Source of the DNA: Ruminococcaceae bacterium UBA6413
GTDB lineage: Bacteria; Bacillota; Clostridia; Oscillospirales; Ruminococcaceae
NCBI GenBank assembly: GCA_002437415.1
Contig: DJPL01000042.1
Coordinates: forward strand, 91,752 to 155,751
Length of the DNA stretch: 64,000 bases
Reading direction: 5' to 3'
Positions 31,508 through 42,179 of the stretch are shown in pieces. The translations under genes were made by a program, and so were the position numbers. How positions within the stretch are numbered: the stretch's first letter is position 1; every line of letters begins with the position of its first letter. The notes under the pieces were generated by a model that ran no database searches, was not told the DNA's origin, and saw only the letters and a list, made by a program, of their open reading frames with translations.

Positions 31508-33304
31508 TTGATATTGAAAAACGATATGTCCGCCGAGTACCTTAAGTCGCTTACTCCCGAACAGCGTAAAAAGCTGTGTTCGGAAATAAGACAGCTTCTT
31601 GTAAAGACGGTAACGGTAAACGGCGGTCATCTTGCGTCCAATCTCGGAACGGTCGAGCTGACAGTAGCAATGCACACTGTTTTCGATTCTCCGAGGGATA
31701 AATTTGTTTTTGACGTGGGACACCAGTCCTACACTCATAAGATAATAACAGGCAGAGCAGGAAAAATGAATACACTGCGCTGTGAGGGCGGACTTTCGGG
31801 CTTCCCTAAAGCCGAGGAGTCTGAGCACGACGCTTTTATCGGCGGTCACAGCAGTATTTCTATTTCTGCGGCGCTCGGAATTGCTAAGGGTATGCAGTTA
31901 AACGGCGACGACCACAGTGTTGTTGCTGTTATCGGTGACGGCGCGTTTACGGGCGGCGAAGCATACGAGGGTATGAACAACGCAGGTAAAAGCGACTGCA
32001 ATCTTATAGTCGTGCTCAACGACAATGAGATGTCGATATCCAAAAATACCGGTGCGCTGGCGCTGTATCTTGCACAGATACGGTCAACAAGAAAATATTA
32101 CAGCACAAAGACCTCTGTAAAGAAAGTGCTCGATAAAACCCCTATAATAGGCAAGGGGCTCGGTAAGGCGGCAAAAGGCACAAAGCAGCTGCTGAAATAC
32201 GCAATTTACCACTCAAATCTGTTTGAGAATTTCGGCTTCAAATATCTCGGTCCTATCGACGGACATAATCTTGATGAGCTTACAGAGGCGCTGATGGTCG
32301 CAAAAATGATGCACAAGCCGTGCCTTGTTCATATTTACACGAAAAAAGGAAAGGGATACGCGCCTGCCGAGGACAATTCGGGTGAATATCACGGACTTCC
32401 GCCCAAAAACCAATGCGCGGGTGACGGCGAGTGCTTTACCGAAGCGTTTGGAAAGACGCTTCTTTCGCTTGCCGAAAAGGATAAGAATATATGCGCCGTA
32501 ACTGCGGCAATGAAGTACGGAACAGGACTTCAGCACTTTTCCAAGGCGTTCCGCGAGCGCTTTTTCGATGTCGGGATAGCTGAGCAGCACGCAGTGACAT
32601 TCTGTGCGGGTCTTGCAAGTCAGGGAAAGCTGCCTGTGTTTGCTGTCTACTCTTCGTTTTTACAACGCTCTTACGACCAGCTGATACACGACTGTGCCAT
32701 TGAGAACCGACATATAGTGCTCGGAGTTGACAGAGCGGGCTTTGTTGGTGAGGACGGAGAAACTCATCACGGACTGTTTGATGTTGCCATGCTGTCGACC
32801 GTTCCTACCGCAACGATCTATTCACCGAGCGATACAGCCGAGCTTTCGGTATGTCTTGAACACGCACTGTACAGCGATACAGGTATATCGGCAGTAAGAT
32901 ATCCGAGAGGCTGTGAGCTTTCGCATTCCGATACCGTGAGTTACTGTGATTATAAATATTACTGTGACAACAAGAAAAAGCTTATCTTCACATACGGCAG
33001 GATAAGCGCATATGCAAAAGAGCTTGGCGACATTGCCGATATATTGCAGGCATTGAAAATATATCCGATATCCGATGAGATCATTGAAATATGTCTTAAA
33101 TACGATGAGATATACGCCTTTGAAGAGGGCGAAAAAGAGGGCGGAGCAACTCAGAAGCTGTGTACCGCTTTAGCTCTTGCGGGATATAAGGGTAAGTTTA
33201 CAATAACCGCTGTTGACGGATTTATCCGCCATGCAAGCGTTACGGCACAGCTTCATAACGCGAAGCTTGATACCGACTCCATGAGAGAGATCGTAGGAGG
33301 ATAA
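31508..33304 (+). CDS. dxs: 1-deoxy-D-xylulose-5-phosphate synthase
   Basis: GGHLASNLG, DVGHQ, GDGA, DVGIAEQHA, GEDGETHHG. Confidence 0.96.
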   Translation: MILKNDMSAEYLKSLTPEQRKKLCSEIRQLLVKTVTVNGGHLASNLGTVELTVAMHTVFDSPRDKFVFDVGHQSYTHKIITGRAGKMNTLRCEGGLSGFPKAEESEHDAFIGGHSSISISAALGIAKGMQLNGDDHSVVAVIGDGAFTGGEAYEGMNNAGKSDCNLIVVLNDNEMSISKNTGALALYLAQIRSTRKYYSTKTSVKKVLDKTPIIGKGLGKAAKGTKQLLKYAIYHSNLFENFGFKYLGPIDGHNLDELTEALMVAKMMHKPCLVHIYTKKGKGYAPAEDNSGEYHGLPPKNQCAGDGECFTEAFGKTLLSLAEKDKNICAVTAAMKYGTGLQHFSKAFRERFFDVGIAEQHAVTFCAGLASQGKLPVFAVYSSFLQRSYDQLIHDCAIENRHIVLGVDRAGFVGEDGETHHGLFDVAMLSTVPTATIYSPSDTAELSVCLEHALYSDTGISAVRYPRGCELSHSDTVSYCDYKYYCDNKKKLIFTYGRISAYAKELGDIADILQALKIYPISDEIIEICLKYDEIYAFEEGEKEGGATQKLCTALALAGYKGKFTITAVDGFIRHASVTAQLHNAKLDTDSMREIVGG

Positions 33305-33305
33305 T

Positions 33306-34049
33306 ATGCCGAAAAGACTGGATGTTTATCTTTCCGATAACAATATTGTAAAAAGCCGTAGCCTTGCCGCTTCTCTGATAAAGCAGGGAAGCGTTGAGGT
33401 AAACGGCAGGATATGCACAAAGCCCTCTTATGCCGTAAACGACAGCGATAATGTAAAAATAATCGGCGAACTGCCCAAATACGTCGGCAGAGGCGGGCTG
33501 AAGCTTGAAAAGGCGTTAGCTTACTACAGACTGCATCTTGACGGCGCTGTATGTATCGATATAGGCGCGTCTACAGGCGGGTTTACCGACTGTATGATCC
33601 AGAACGGCGCAGAAAAGGTTTACTCTGTAGATGTCGGCACCGATCAGCTCGATGAAAAGCTCAGAAACGACAGCAGAGTTATTTCTATGGAAAAGACAGA
33701 TATAAGAAGCTGTGTCGGAGAATTGCCATGGGTCAACTTTATCAGTATTGACGTATCGTTCATATCGCTGAAATTGGTGCTCCCGTCCGCGTTTGCGCTT
33801 CTTAAAGACGGCGGCGAGTGCGTTGCGCTTATAAAACCGCAATTTGAAGCGGGAAAAGCACATTTGAGCAAAAACGGTATCGTGCGTGATACAAAGGTAC
33901 ATAAAAAGGTCTGTGACGAGATCGCGGAATTTGCATCTGCCGTGGGCTTTGAACGCGGTGAGATCATAACATCGCCGATAACAGGCGGTGACGGCAATAC
34001 CGAATATCTTATATATTTAAAACGACCGAAGGCGGGTGATAAGCTTTGA
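33306..34049 (+). CDS. tlyA: TlyA family rRNA methyltransferase
   Basis: S4 domain RLD; GGLKL, DIGASTGGFTD, DVSFISL, LIKPQFE. Confidence 0.95.
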   Translation: MPKRLDVYLSDNNIVKSRSLAASLIKQGSVEVNGRICTKPSYAVNDSDNVKIIGELPKYVGRGGLKLEKALAYYRLHLDGAVCIDIGASTGGFTDCMIQNGAEKVYSVDVGTDQLDEKLRNDSRVISMEKTDIRSCVGELPWVNFISIDVSFISLKLVLPSAFALLKDGGECVALIKPQFEAGKAHLSKNGIVRDTKVHKKVCDEIAEFASAVGFERGEIITSPITGGDGNTEYLIYLKRPKAGDKL

Positions 34050-34891
34050 AAGTAATGATATGTGCAAACCTAGATAAGGAGAGAAGCCGTAAAGCGGCTC
34101 TTGATGCCTGCTCAAAGCTTATCGACATAGGCTTTCAGCCGCTTATTGAAAAGCAATATGAAAGCGCTATAGGGTTTGACAAAGCGTTTTATTCCGAAAC
34201 GGACAAGCTTATCAACGAGTGCGATATGTTTATGACTATCGGCGGTGACGGAACTATCCTCAAGTGGGGACAGAAGGCAGCAGTCTGCGGAAAGCCGCTT
34301 CTCGGAATAAACACGGGACGGCTCGGCTTTATGACTTCTATTGAAAGCGATGAGCTTGAAACGCTCGAACGGCTGAGAACAGGTAACTACAGCATAAGCC
34401 GAAGAATGCTGCTTGATATAGAGTATGAGGGTAAGGGTAATTTCAGCGCAATAAACGATGTCGTATTCAATAAATGCCGTTATTCAAAGCTCCCTGAGTT
34501 TATCGTATCGGTAGAAGAGTACGAGGTCACGAAGATAAGGGCAGACGGTATAATTTTCAGTACACCGGCAGGCTCTACAGCCTACTCGCTGTCTGCGGGC
34601 GGTCCTATAATATCGCCCGATGCGCAGTGCATTGAATTTACACCGCTGTGCGCACATTCACTTTTCGGACGGCCTATGATATTTTCATCGGACTCGGAGA
34701 TAACGGTACGGTTTTCCGCGTACGAAAACAGCGGAGTATCGCTGAGTATCGACGGAAACGATGATATGGACTTCAACGAGGGCGAAACAATAAAGATAAG
34801 ACGCTCAAAGCAGGAGCTTTCACTTATTGATATAAACGGAAGCAGTTTTTACAAGGCTGTTCATAACAAGCTTATGCGTCCGCTGAAATGA
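34046..34891 (+). CDS. nadK: NAD kinase
   Basis: GGDGT, GRLGF, DG..STPAGSTAYSLSAGGP. Confidence 0.95.
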   Translation: MKVMICANLDKERSRKAALDACSKLIDIGFQPLIEKQYESAIGFDKAFYSETDKLINECDMFMTIGGDGTILKWGQKAAVCGKPLLGINTGRLGFMTSIESDELETLERLRTGNYSISRRMLLDIEYEGKGNFSAINDVVFNKCRYSKLPEFIVSVEEYEVTKIRADGIIFSTPAGSTAYSLSAGGPIISPDAQCIEFTPLCAHSLFGRPMIFSSDSEITVRFSAYENSGVSLSIDGNDDMDFNEGETIKIRRSKQELSLIDINGSSFYKAVHNKLMRPLK

Positions 34892-34910
34892 TAGACAGAG
34901 GGGTGATATT

Positions 34911-35348
34911 GTGAAAAAGAAAAGACAGGCTGAGATATTGAGGATAATATCCACAAACGAGGTCGAAACGCAGGAGATGCTTCTCAATCTGCTCCGTGAG
35001 CGCGGCTATGACGTTACACAGGCTACCGTTTCGCGTGACATAAACGAGATGAACATCGAAAAAACTGTGTCGGCAAACGGTGTGAACTGCTATGCCAAAG
35101 CCGAAAAAATACATACAGTAAAGTTCCACAATATCATTTCGGAAGCCGTTGTCAGCATTGACTATGCAATGAATATGGTTTCGATAAAGTGTCACAGCGG
35201 TCTTGCAAATGCGGCGTGCGCAGGACTTGATATGATGAATTTGTCATATGTTGTCGGCACTATCGCAGGCGATGATACTATTTTTGTGCTGACGCGCACA
35301 GAGAGTGATGCAAGAATGCTCACGCGTCATCTTAAAGAATTACTTTAA
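34911..35348 (+). CDS. argR: Arginine repressor
   Basis: TQATVSRDI, GTIAGDDT. Confidence 0.95.
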   Translation: MKKKRQAEILRIISTNEVETQEMLLNLLRERGYDVTQATVSRDINEMNIEKTVSANGVNCYAKAEKIHTVKFHNIISEAVVSIDYAMNMVSIKCHSGLANAACAGLDMMNLSYVVGTIAGDDTIFVLTRTESDARMLTRHLKELL

Positions 35349-35367
35349 TGTAAAGGAGGTCGGCGTT

Positions 35368-37038
35368 TTGCTAAGAGAATTGTCTATTGAAAATCTTGCG
35401 GTCATAGAAAAGGCGTCGATCGCCTTTGACGACAAGCTGAACGTATTTACAGGCGAAACAGGCGCAGGTAAGAGTATACTTATAGGCGGCATAAACGCTA
35501 TTCTGGGCGGCAGAGTAAGCAAGGATATCGTTAGAGCGGGAGCGGATAAGGCGGTCGTAACAGGTCTTTTTGACGACCTGCCGCAGACTGTCGTCGACAA
35601 GCTTTCCGAAAACGGCTTTTCTGCCGAGGACGAGCTTTTATTACAGCGTGATATACATTCGGACGGAAAAAGCACCGCCAGAATAAACGGCAGAGCTACA
35701 ACTGTTTCTATACTTCGCGATATAGCTTCTGAGCTTATAGATATACACGGTCAGCACGATAACCGTCTTATTATGGACGGCGATAATCAGCGGGAAATTC
35801 TCGATAATTACGGCAGAAACGGCGAACTGCTCAAGGAGTACGGCACGGCATTCAAGGAGTTCTCCGCGCTGTCGCGTAAGATAAAAGAGGTAAGCCGCAA
35901 AAAGACCGAGTCGCTTGAAAAGGCGGAGCTGCTGAGAGAACGCCTTGAAGAGCTAGACAGGTACAATTTCTCCGCAGATGAAGAAGAAACTACAAAGCAA
36001 AAGCTTGAACAGTTACGCAATGCGGAATATATAAGCGAAAATCTGTACAACGCACAGGCGGCAATATCGGGTGATGATGATACCGATGGTGCATATTCAC
36101 TGCTTGAGCGCTGTCGCGACAATATTTCGTCGCTGGGCGACACTATGCCTGAGCTTGAAAAGCTTTCGGAAAGAATATCCGATATGCTGATTGATCTTGA
36201 GGATATCAGAGAAGAGATAGCACAGCGTATACCCGATGACGATGAAGATACGGCAGGTATGCTGGGCGTTTACGAAGAGCGGCTCAGCGTTATCCTAAGG
36301 CTTCGCAGAAAGTACGGAGCGGAGCTTTCCGAAATACTCGAAAACGCGGAAAAATGGCGCACGGAGCTTTATGAGATAGACAACGGCGACGATATAATCG
36401 ATGAGCTTACCGAGAAGAAAAAGGAAGCGGGAGAAAAGGTAAAGCGTCTGGCGACAGAGCTTACAAACAGCAGAAAAAAGGCGGCTGACGGGCTCGCAAA
36501 ACGCATTTCGTCAGAGCTTGCTTTTCTTGATATGCCCGATATAAGGCTTGTGTTTGATATAACGCAGGACAAGGTCACACTGAGCGGTATGGATAAGGTC
36601 GAGATGCTTATATCCGTTAATAAGGGCGAGGAGCTTAAGGCTATGAGTAAAATAGCGTCGGGCGGCGAGCTGTCGCGAATTATGCTTGCCATAAAGAATG
36701 TGCTTGCCGATACCGATAAGCTTCACACTATGATATTTGACGAGATAGATACGGGTATCAGCGGCAGAGCGGCTACCAAGGTCGGCATAAAGCTTCACGA
36801 GGCGGCGAAGAACCGACAGATACTGTGCGTCACACATCTTGCACAGATAGCGGCTATGGCTGATACACAGCTTCTTATAAAGAAAACAAGCGATGATAAG
36901 CGTACATACACAGCGGTAACAAAGCTTGATTTTGACGGCAGAAAGCACGAGATAGCAAGGATCATTTCGGGTGACGAAAACGACCCGATATCGCTTGAAA
37001 ATGCGGAAATGCTACTGACAAGGAAAAACGAAGCATAA
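35368..37038 (+). CDS. recN: DNA repair protein RecN
   Basis: TGETGAGKS, IHGQH, ASGGELSR, FDEIDTGISG, VTHLAQIA; TTG start after AAGGAGG. Confidence 0.96.
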   Translation: MLRELSIENLAVIEKASIAFDDKLNVFTGETGAGKSILIGGINAILGGRVSKDIVRAGADKAVVTGLFDDLPQTVVDKLSENGFSAEDELLLQRDIHSDGKSTARINGRATTVSILRDIASELIDIHGQHDNRLIMDGDNQREILDNYGRNGELLKEYGTAFKEFSALSRKIKEVSRKKTESLEKAELLRERLEELDRYNFSADEEETTKQKLEQLRNAEYISENLYNAQAAISGDDDTDGAYSLLERCRDNISSLGDTMPELEKLSERISDMLIDLEDIREEIAQRIPDDDEDTAGMLGVYEERLSVILRLRRKYGAELSEILENAEKWRTELYEIDNGDDIIDELTEKKKEAGEKVKRLATELTNSRKKAADGLAKRISSELAFLDMPDIRLVFDITQDKVTLSGMDKVEMLISVNKGEELKAMSKIASGGELSRIMLAIKNVLADTDKLHTMIFDEIDTGISGRAATKVGIKLHEAAKNRQILCVTHLAQIAAMADTQLLIKKTSDDKRTYTAVTKLDFDGRKHEIARIISGDENDPISLENAEMLLTRKNEA

Positions 37039-37049
37039 AAATTATATAC

Positions 37050-37088
37050 ACAGTCCGGGAAGAGCGAAACTTCCCGGGCTGTTTTTTT
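37050..37088 (+). terminator. Rho-independent terminator
   Basis: ACAGTCCGGGAAG / CTTCCCGGGCTGT followed by T tract. Confidence 0.85.
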
Positions 37089-37147
37089 ATATCCGTACAC
37101 AAACCGACACTTTTTTCCACGCCTTTGTCCTATAATAAACGAGGGGC

Positions 37148-38008
37148 TTGGAAATGGTAATTTATCTTGATGTACTTATACTGATAAATCTGTACGTTAC
37201 ATATTTTCAGATACTTGCGGTATCAATTTTTATTCACCGCAAGGTCATATGGTACAGAAAGCTGATATCCGCGGGAATAGGCGGTGCGGCATCTCTTAGC
37301 ATATTCATACCGCAGGATATGGTCATCACGCTTACGATGCTTAAAATAGTGCTGTGCTTTATTATAGCGCTGACTGCGTTCGGATACGGCGGATTTTTGA
37401 AGTATATGAAGAGTGTTTTGTTTTTGCTGTTCGTTAATTTCCTGTTTTCTGGATTGATGCTGTGCGTATGGCTGTTTGCCGCTCCGATGAAGATGCTCTT
37501 CATAAACGGTACCGTGTATTTCGGAATAGATACAATGACAGTTATTTTGTGTACCTGTGCCGCTTATACGGTAATGAGGATAATTAGACTGATACTTGAC
37601 AAAAACGGCAAAACCGATAAGAAATATACCGTTGAAATACATAACAACGGAAAGCAGTGCACACTGTCAGCACTTGCCGACAGCGGAAACGGACTTGTTG
37701 ACTGCTTCAGCGGGCTTCCCGTCATAGTATGCAGGCGTGACATATGTGCCGATATTTCGCCGCCTGCCGTTGCGGCTATAGACGGCAGTAAGGATTTGTC
37801 GGAGCTGTGCACGGAAATGATAAAGGGCGTGCGTGTTATGCCGTTTTCTACGGTCGGCAAGGACGGACTTATCTGTACATTCAGAGCCGACAGCGTTGTC
37901 GTAAATGATGAAATGCAGGAAAAGTATCCTGTGAATGCCCTTATCGGTGTGGTAATAGGCGGAAAACAGGAGTATGAGGCAATATTCAATCCGAAAATAC
38001 TTGTGTGA
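37148..38008 (+). CDS. spoIIGA: Pro-sigmaE processing peptidase SpoIIGA
   Basis: [10 protein letters not shown] start, several TMs, aspartic motif DSGN; upstream of sigE. Confidence 0.9.
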   Translation: MEMVIYLDVLILINLYVTYFQILAVSIFIHRKVIWYRKLISAGIGGAASLSIFIPQDMVITLTMLKIVLCFIIALTAFGYGGFLKYMKSVLFLLFVNFLFSGLMLCVWLFAAPMKMLFINGTVYFGIDTMTVILCTCAAYTVMRIIRLILDKNGKTDKKYTVEIHNNGKQCTLSALADSGNGLVDCFSGLPVIVCRRDICADISPPAVAAIDGSKDLSELCTEMIKGVRVMPFSTVGKDGLICTFRADSVVVNDEMQEKYPVNALIGVVIGGKQEYEAIFNPKILV

Positions 38009-38019
38009 GGTGTTTTAGT

Positions 38020-38739
38020 ATGCTGAAAGTAATAGAGATCATCAGCGGGCTGATACAAAAGCTGCATATGTCCGCTGTGGGAAAATGTGAGATAGACTAC
38101 ATAAACGGTGCAGAAACCTTACCGCCGCCACTGTCAAGAGAAGAAGAAGCAAAAACGCTTGCTATGTTTGAAAATGATTTTGAAAAGGCGAGAGAAACGC
38201 TTATTGTTCATAACCTGCGGCTTGTTGTGTACATAGCCAAGAAGTTTGAGAGTACGGGTATCGGCATTGAGGATCTTATATCTATCGGCACTATCGGGCT
38301 TATAAAAGCGGTAAATACATTCAGCGTCGAGAAAAATATTAAGCTTGCGACCTATGCTTCACGCTGTATCGAAAACGAGATACTTATGTATCTCAGAAAG
38401 ACCAATCAGCAGAAGCTCGAGGTGTCTATAGACGAGCCGCTGAATGTCGACTGGGACGGAAACGAATTGCTTTTGTCGGATATTCTCGGCACTGATGATG
38501 ATACGGTAAGTGTCAATATAGAAAGCGAAGCGGAAAAGCGCGTATTGCTTGAAGCGGTAGAAAAGCTTGACGAAAGGGAAAAGCTTATCATGGAGCTGCG
38601 TTTCGGGCTGAACAACCGCCCCGAAAAAACACAAAAGGAGGTCGCCGATATGATCGGGATCTCCCAGAGTTATATTTCACGCCTTGAAAAGCGTATTATA
38701 AAGCGGCTTAAAAAGGATATGGAAAGCCTGTGCAGTTAG
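38020..38739 (+). CDS. sigE: Sporulation sigma factor E
   Basis: Pro-sequence then [49 protein letters not shown]. Confidence 0.96.
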   Translation: MLKVIEIISGLIQKLHMSAVGKCEIDYINGAETLPPPLSREEEAKTLAMFENDFEKARETLIVHNLRLVVYIAKKFESTGIGIEDLISIGTIGLIKAVNTFSVEKNIKLATYASRCIENEILMYLRKTNQQKLEVSIDEPLNVDWDGNELLLSDILGTDDDTVSVNIESEAEKRVLLEAVEKLDEREKLIMELRFGLNNRPEKTQKEVADMIGISQSYISRLEKRIIKRLKKDMESLCS

Positions 38740-40343
38740 CGCTTTGTAAAATCTCTGCCGAGCACAGCCATAGCGCATCTCAGACCGTCCATAGCGGCGG
38801 TGACAATGCCGCCGGCATATCCCGCACCCTCGCCGCAAGGGTATAAGCCTTTCACGCTGACCGATGAAAGCGTGTTATCCCTTACTATGCGGACAGGTGA
38901 CGAGCTTCTGGTTTCAGGTCCTGTCATAACGGCGTCGGGCAAGCCAAAACAGCTTATTTTCTTTGCAAACTGCGGTAAAGCATATCGCAGTGCATCGCAT
39001 ACAAAGTCCGGCAGATATTCATCGGGCAGTGCAAATGCTGTACCTATAGGATATGTCGGGGTCACATTGCCGAATTTATCGGAAGTATGTTTATCGAGAA
39101 AGTCGCCTACCAGGGCTACAGGTGCTTTATAATTGCCGCCTGCCGCCTTGTAAGCGGCTTTTTCTATTTTTCGTTGCAGCTCTATCCCGCCCATAATATC
39201 GTCTTTGTCAAAATCATCGGGCGTAATTCCGACAAGAACGGCGCTGTTCGCGTTTTCGCCGTTTCTTGCATAATAGCTCATACCATTGGTCACTATCGTT
39301 TCTTCTTCCGAAGAAGAAGCCGTAACCACACCGCCCGGGCACATACAGAATGTATAAATGCCTCTGCCTGTTTCATCGTGCACGGAAAGCTTGTAGTCCG
39401 CGGCAGGAAGAGCAGGGTGTCCGCTCATATCGCCGTACATACTGCGGTCAAGGTCGCGCTGCCTGTGCTCAATTCGGACACCGACCGAGAAGTTTTTTGC
39501 CTGCATAGTCACGTTGCGATTTTTCAGCATATAGAATACATCTCTCGCACTGTGACCTATGGCAAGTATCGCTTTATCGGTTTCTACAGTACATTCTGCG
39601 CCGTCTTTTTCATATGTCACCGATTTTACCCTGTTGTTTTCGGTATCATATCCCGTAAATTTTGCCCCGAATATTACCTCGCCACCGAGGGAAATGATAT
39701 CATTTCTGATACTCTTGACCGTTTCCGACAGCTTATCCGTTCCTATATGCGGCTTTGCGTCATATATTATTTCTTCGGGTGCACCGTGACGTACAAGCTC
39801 TTCAAACACGATCCGCGATAACGGGTCATTGACACCTGTATTCAGCTTACCGTCGGAAAATGTGCCTGCGCCGCCCTCACCGAATTGTACGTTACACTCC
39901 GTATCAAGTATACCTTTCTCCCAGAATAAGCGCACCTTCTCCTTGCGGCTGTCTACATCAAGACCGCGCTCAAGAACTATCGGTCGTACGCCGCACTGAG
40001 CAAGATACAGCGCCGCAAACATTCCCGCAGGTCCGAAGCCGATTATCACAGGGCGCTTTGACAGCGTTGCTTTTTTGGGAAGAGAATACGGTACTTCTTT
40101 ATACAGTGATATATTTTTGTTGCCTGTATTCTTTCTGATTATGCTGTTTTCGTTATCACAGGAAAACGCCACGGCATAGACGAAGTGGATATCATCCTTA
40201 TGCCGTGCATCAACGGATCTTTTTATTATTTTCAGCTCAGAAGCTTTAAGCCGTACCGATTTGATCTTTTTGTTTATAAATGCCGCTATATCATCATTTG
40301 TGTGTTCAAGCGGCATTTTTATATTGCTGTATTTTATCATCAC
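38736..40343 (-). CDS. FAD-dependent oxidoreductase
   Basis: [45 protein letters not shown]. Confidence 0.88.
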   Translation of the reverse strand: MMIKYSNIKMPLEHTNDDIAAFINKKIKSVRLKASELKIIKRSVDARHKDDIHFVYAVAFSCDNENSIIRKNTGNKNISLYKEVPYSLPKKATLSKRPVIIGFGPAGMFAALYLAQCGVRPIVLERGLDVDSRKEKVRLFWEKGILDTECNVQFGEGGAGTFSDGKLNTGVNDPLSRIVFEELVRHGAPEEIIYDAKPHIGTDKLSETVKSIRNDIISLGGEVIFGAKFTGYDTENNRVKSVTYEKDGAECTVETDKAILAIGHSARDVFYMLKNRNVTMQAKNFSVGVRIEHRQRDLDRSMYGDMSGHPALPAADYKLSVHDETGRGIYTFCMCPGGVVTASSSEEETIVTNGMSYYARNGENANSAVLVGITPDDFDKDDIMGGIELQRKIEKAAYKAAGGNYKAPVALVGDFLDKHTSDKFGNVTPTYPIGTAFALPDEYLPDFVCDALRYALPQFAKKISCFGLPDAVMTGPETRSSSPVRIVRDNTLSSVSVKGLYPCGEGAGYAGGIVTAAMDGLRCAMAVLGRDFTKR

Positions 40344-41585
40344 TTACTCCGATAAAGATAAACTTGCGTTCATTCCCGCTGTATACCCGCTTTTCCAAGC
40401 CCAGTCGAGATTATAGCCGCCGCATTTACCCTGAATATTCAGTATCTCACCGCAGAGATACAAGCCTCTCGCTTTCAGCGATTCGAGCCTGTCGGAAACC
40501 TCACTTGCGGGAATACCGCCGCAGGTTATCTGTGCAAGACTCCAGTCTGATACGCCCTTGATAGGATAACGGCTGTCTTTTGCGGCAGAGCACAGCATAG
40601 ATATTTCCTTTGGTGTTATTTCGCCGCAGGTCTTAGTAAAGGCTATACCCGCATTTTTCAGCATAGCCTGTCCTATGCGCTTGTGATATATGCCGGTCAG
40701 AAGCTCCTCACAGGGAAGGGTTGCTCTTATTTCCGCCGAGCTTTTGATTATGCTGTAAAGCTCTTCTTTAGTGAGTGGCGGCGCGGTATCAAGTGATATT
40801 TCGCCTTTATTGACAAGCTTTGCGGCTTTTGCCGACAGATCGAATATGCAGATACCGGATAGTGCACCGTCCGTGAACTGGACTTCACCCGATTGCCTGT
40901 CAATAACCTTGCCGTCTGCAAGCAGAGAAACATCTGCACAAACGCGCAGTCCCTTGACCGATTTTACAAGTCCGATATCGGTTCTTATCGGAGCCAACGC
41001 AGGGTAGAGCTTAGTTACCGAGTGACCGAGCTTTTTACACAGCTCGTATCCGTCACCTGTTGTACCAAGTGACGGTGCGGCTTTTCCGCCTGCGGCAATT
41101 ATCACGCGTTTTGCGCTTATTTTAGCATCACCCGATGTCAGCAAAAAGCCGCGCTTTGTCTTTATTATGTCGGTCGCCCGGCAGTCGCATACCGTGTTGA
41201 TACCCGCATAGTCGGCGGTAAAGCGCAGTGCGTCAAGCACCGATGTTGCCGCATTGCTGAAAGGATACACTCTGCCTGTATCATCGGCTTTGCATATAAG
41301 ACCGATGGAAGAGAAAAACTCCTCCGAGCTTTCTGTATCACCGCTTATATATGATAACAGCTCGGTGTCGCCGTCATAGTTGTCTGCTGAAATAGAGCTG
41401 TTTGTAAGGTTGCATCGTCCGTTGCCTGTAGACAATATTTTTTTGCCGACTCTCGGCAGCTTTTCAAGTATGGTTATATTGCCGCAACCGTAGCGCGAAG
41501 CGGCAATGCCGGCAACAAGTCCCGATGCACCGCCGCCGATAATAGCTATATCGGTATCAATTGTTTTCATTTCTGCTCCGTTCAA
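40344..41585 (-). CDS. HI0933/BaiN family flavoprotein
   Basis: GGGASG, GKKILSTGNGRCNLTN, GTTGDGY, GGYNL..AW.SG. Confidence 0.92.
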   Translation of the reverse strand: MNGAEMKTIDTDIAIIGGGASGLVAGIAASRYGCGNITILEKLPRVGKKILSTGNGRCNLTNSSISADNYDGDTELLSYISGDTESSEEFFSSIGLICKADDTGRVYPFSNAATSVLDALRFTADYAGINTVCDCRATDIIKTKRGFLLTSGDAKISAKRVIIAAGGKAAPSLGTTGDGYELCKKLGHSVTKLYPALAPIRTDIGLVKSVKGLRVCADVSLLADGKVIDRQSGEVQFTDGALSGICIFDLSAKAAKLVNKGEISLDTAPPLTKEELYSIIKSSAEIRATLPCEELLTGIYHKRIGQAMLKNAGIAFTKTCGEITPKEISMLCSAAKDSRYPIKGVSDWSLAQITCGGIPASEVSDRLESLKARGLYLCGEILNIQGKCGGYNLDWAWKSGYTAGMNASLSLSE

Positions 41586-41708
41586 AGAAGTTAATTAAAT
41601 TTATAATCGGTTTACATTAAAAGTATACCATATTATCGATCGGTAAGCAAGAGGTTTGCTCAAATGCGGATCATATGGGAAATTTGCTTAATGCAGGAGG
41701 ACATAAAA

Positions 41709-42164
41709 ATGGACGAAAGAATAATAAGACTTATAATTGCGCTTGGTAAGTTTTCGGCTCAGCCAAGACAATACAGAATAATGGAAGGACTTAACACAAG
41801 TGAAACAGGCATATTCTGGGCGATGACACAGATAGTGGCAGAGAAGCCCGGCACAGAGCTTTTCGGACTGAGCGAGCTCAACAGCTATCTCAATTTCACA
41901 AGACCAAACCTCTCTCAGACAGTAAACAAGCTTGAGGATAAGGGCTATGTTGAACGTGTTGTATTAAAGGACGACAGAAGGGTAACATATATTAAGCTTA
42001 CCGAAAACGGCAGAGCTACCGTAAAAGCTAAGTATGACGAGATATTTACACGACTTGAAAATATAGCAAAAATACTCGGCGAAGAAGACACCGACAAGCT
42101 CATAGAGCTTATACTTCGTTTTGCCGACGCTTATGACAAGTCTGCCGAAATAAAGACAAAGTGA
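41709..42164 (+). CDS. MarR family regulator
   Basis: RPNLSQTVNKLEDKGYVER...DDRRVTYIKLTENG; GGAGG SD before ATG 41709. Confidence 0.88.
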   Translation: MDERIIRLIIALGKFSAQPRQYRIMEGLNTSETGIFWAMTQIVAEKPGTELFGLSELNSYLNFTRPNLSQTVNKLEDKGYVERVVLKDDRRVTYIKLTENGRATVKAKYDEIFTRLENIAKILGEEDTDKLIELILRFADAYDKSAEIKTK

Positions 42165-42179
42165 AAGGAAGCATAAGGT

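Noticed and set aside
39087..39821. Long antisense ORFs in the track (this 244-aa one; also 28806-29492, 50596-51303, 10775-11410)
   Set aside because: Shadows of well-supported genes on the opposite strand, with no motifs
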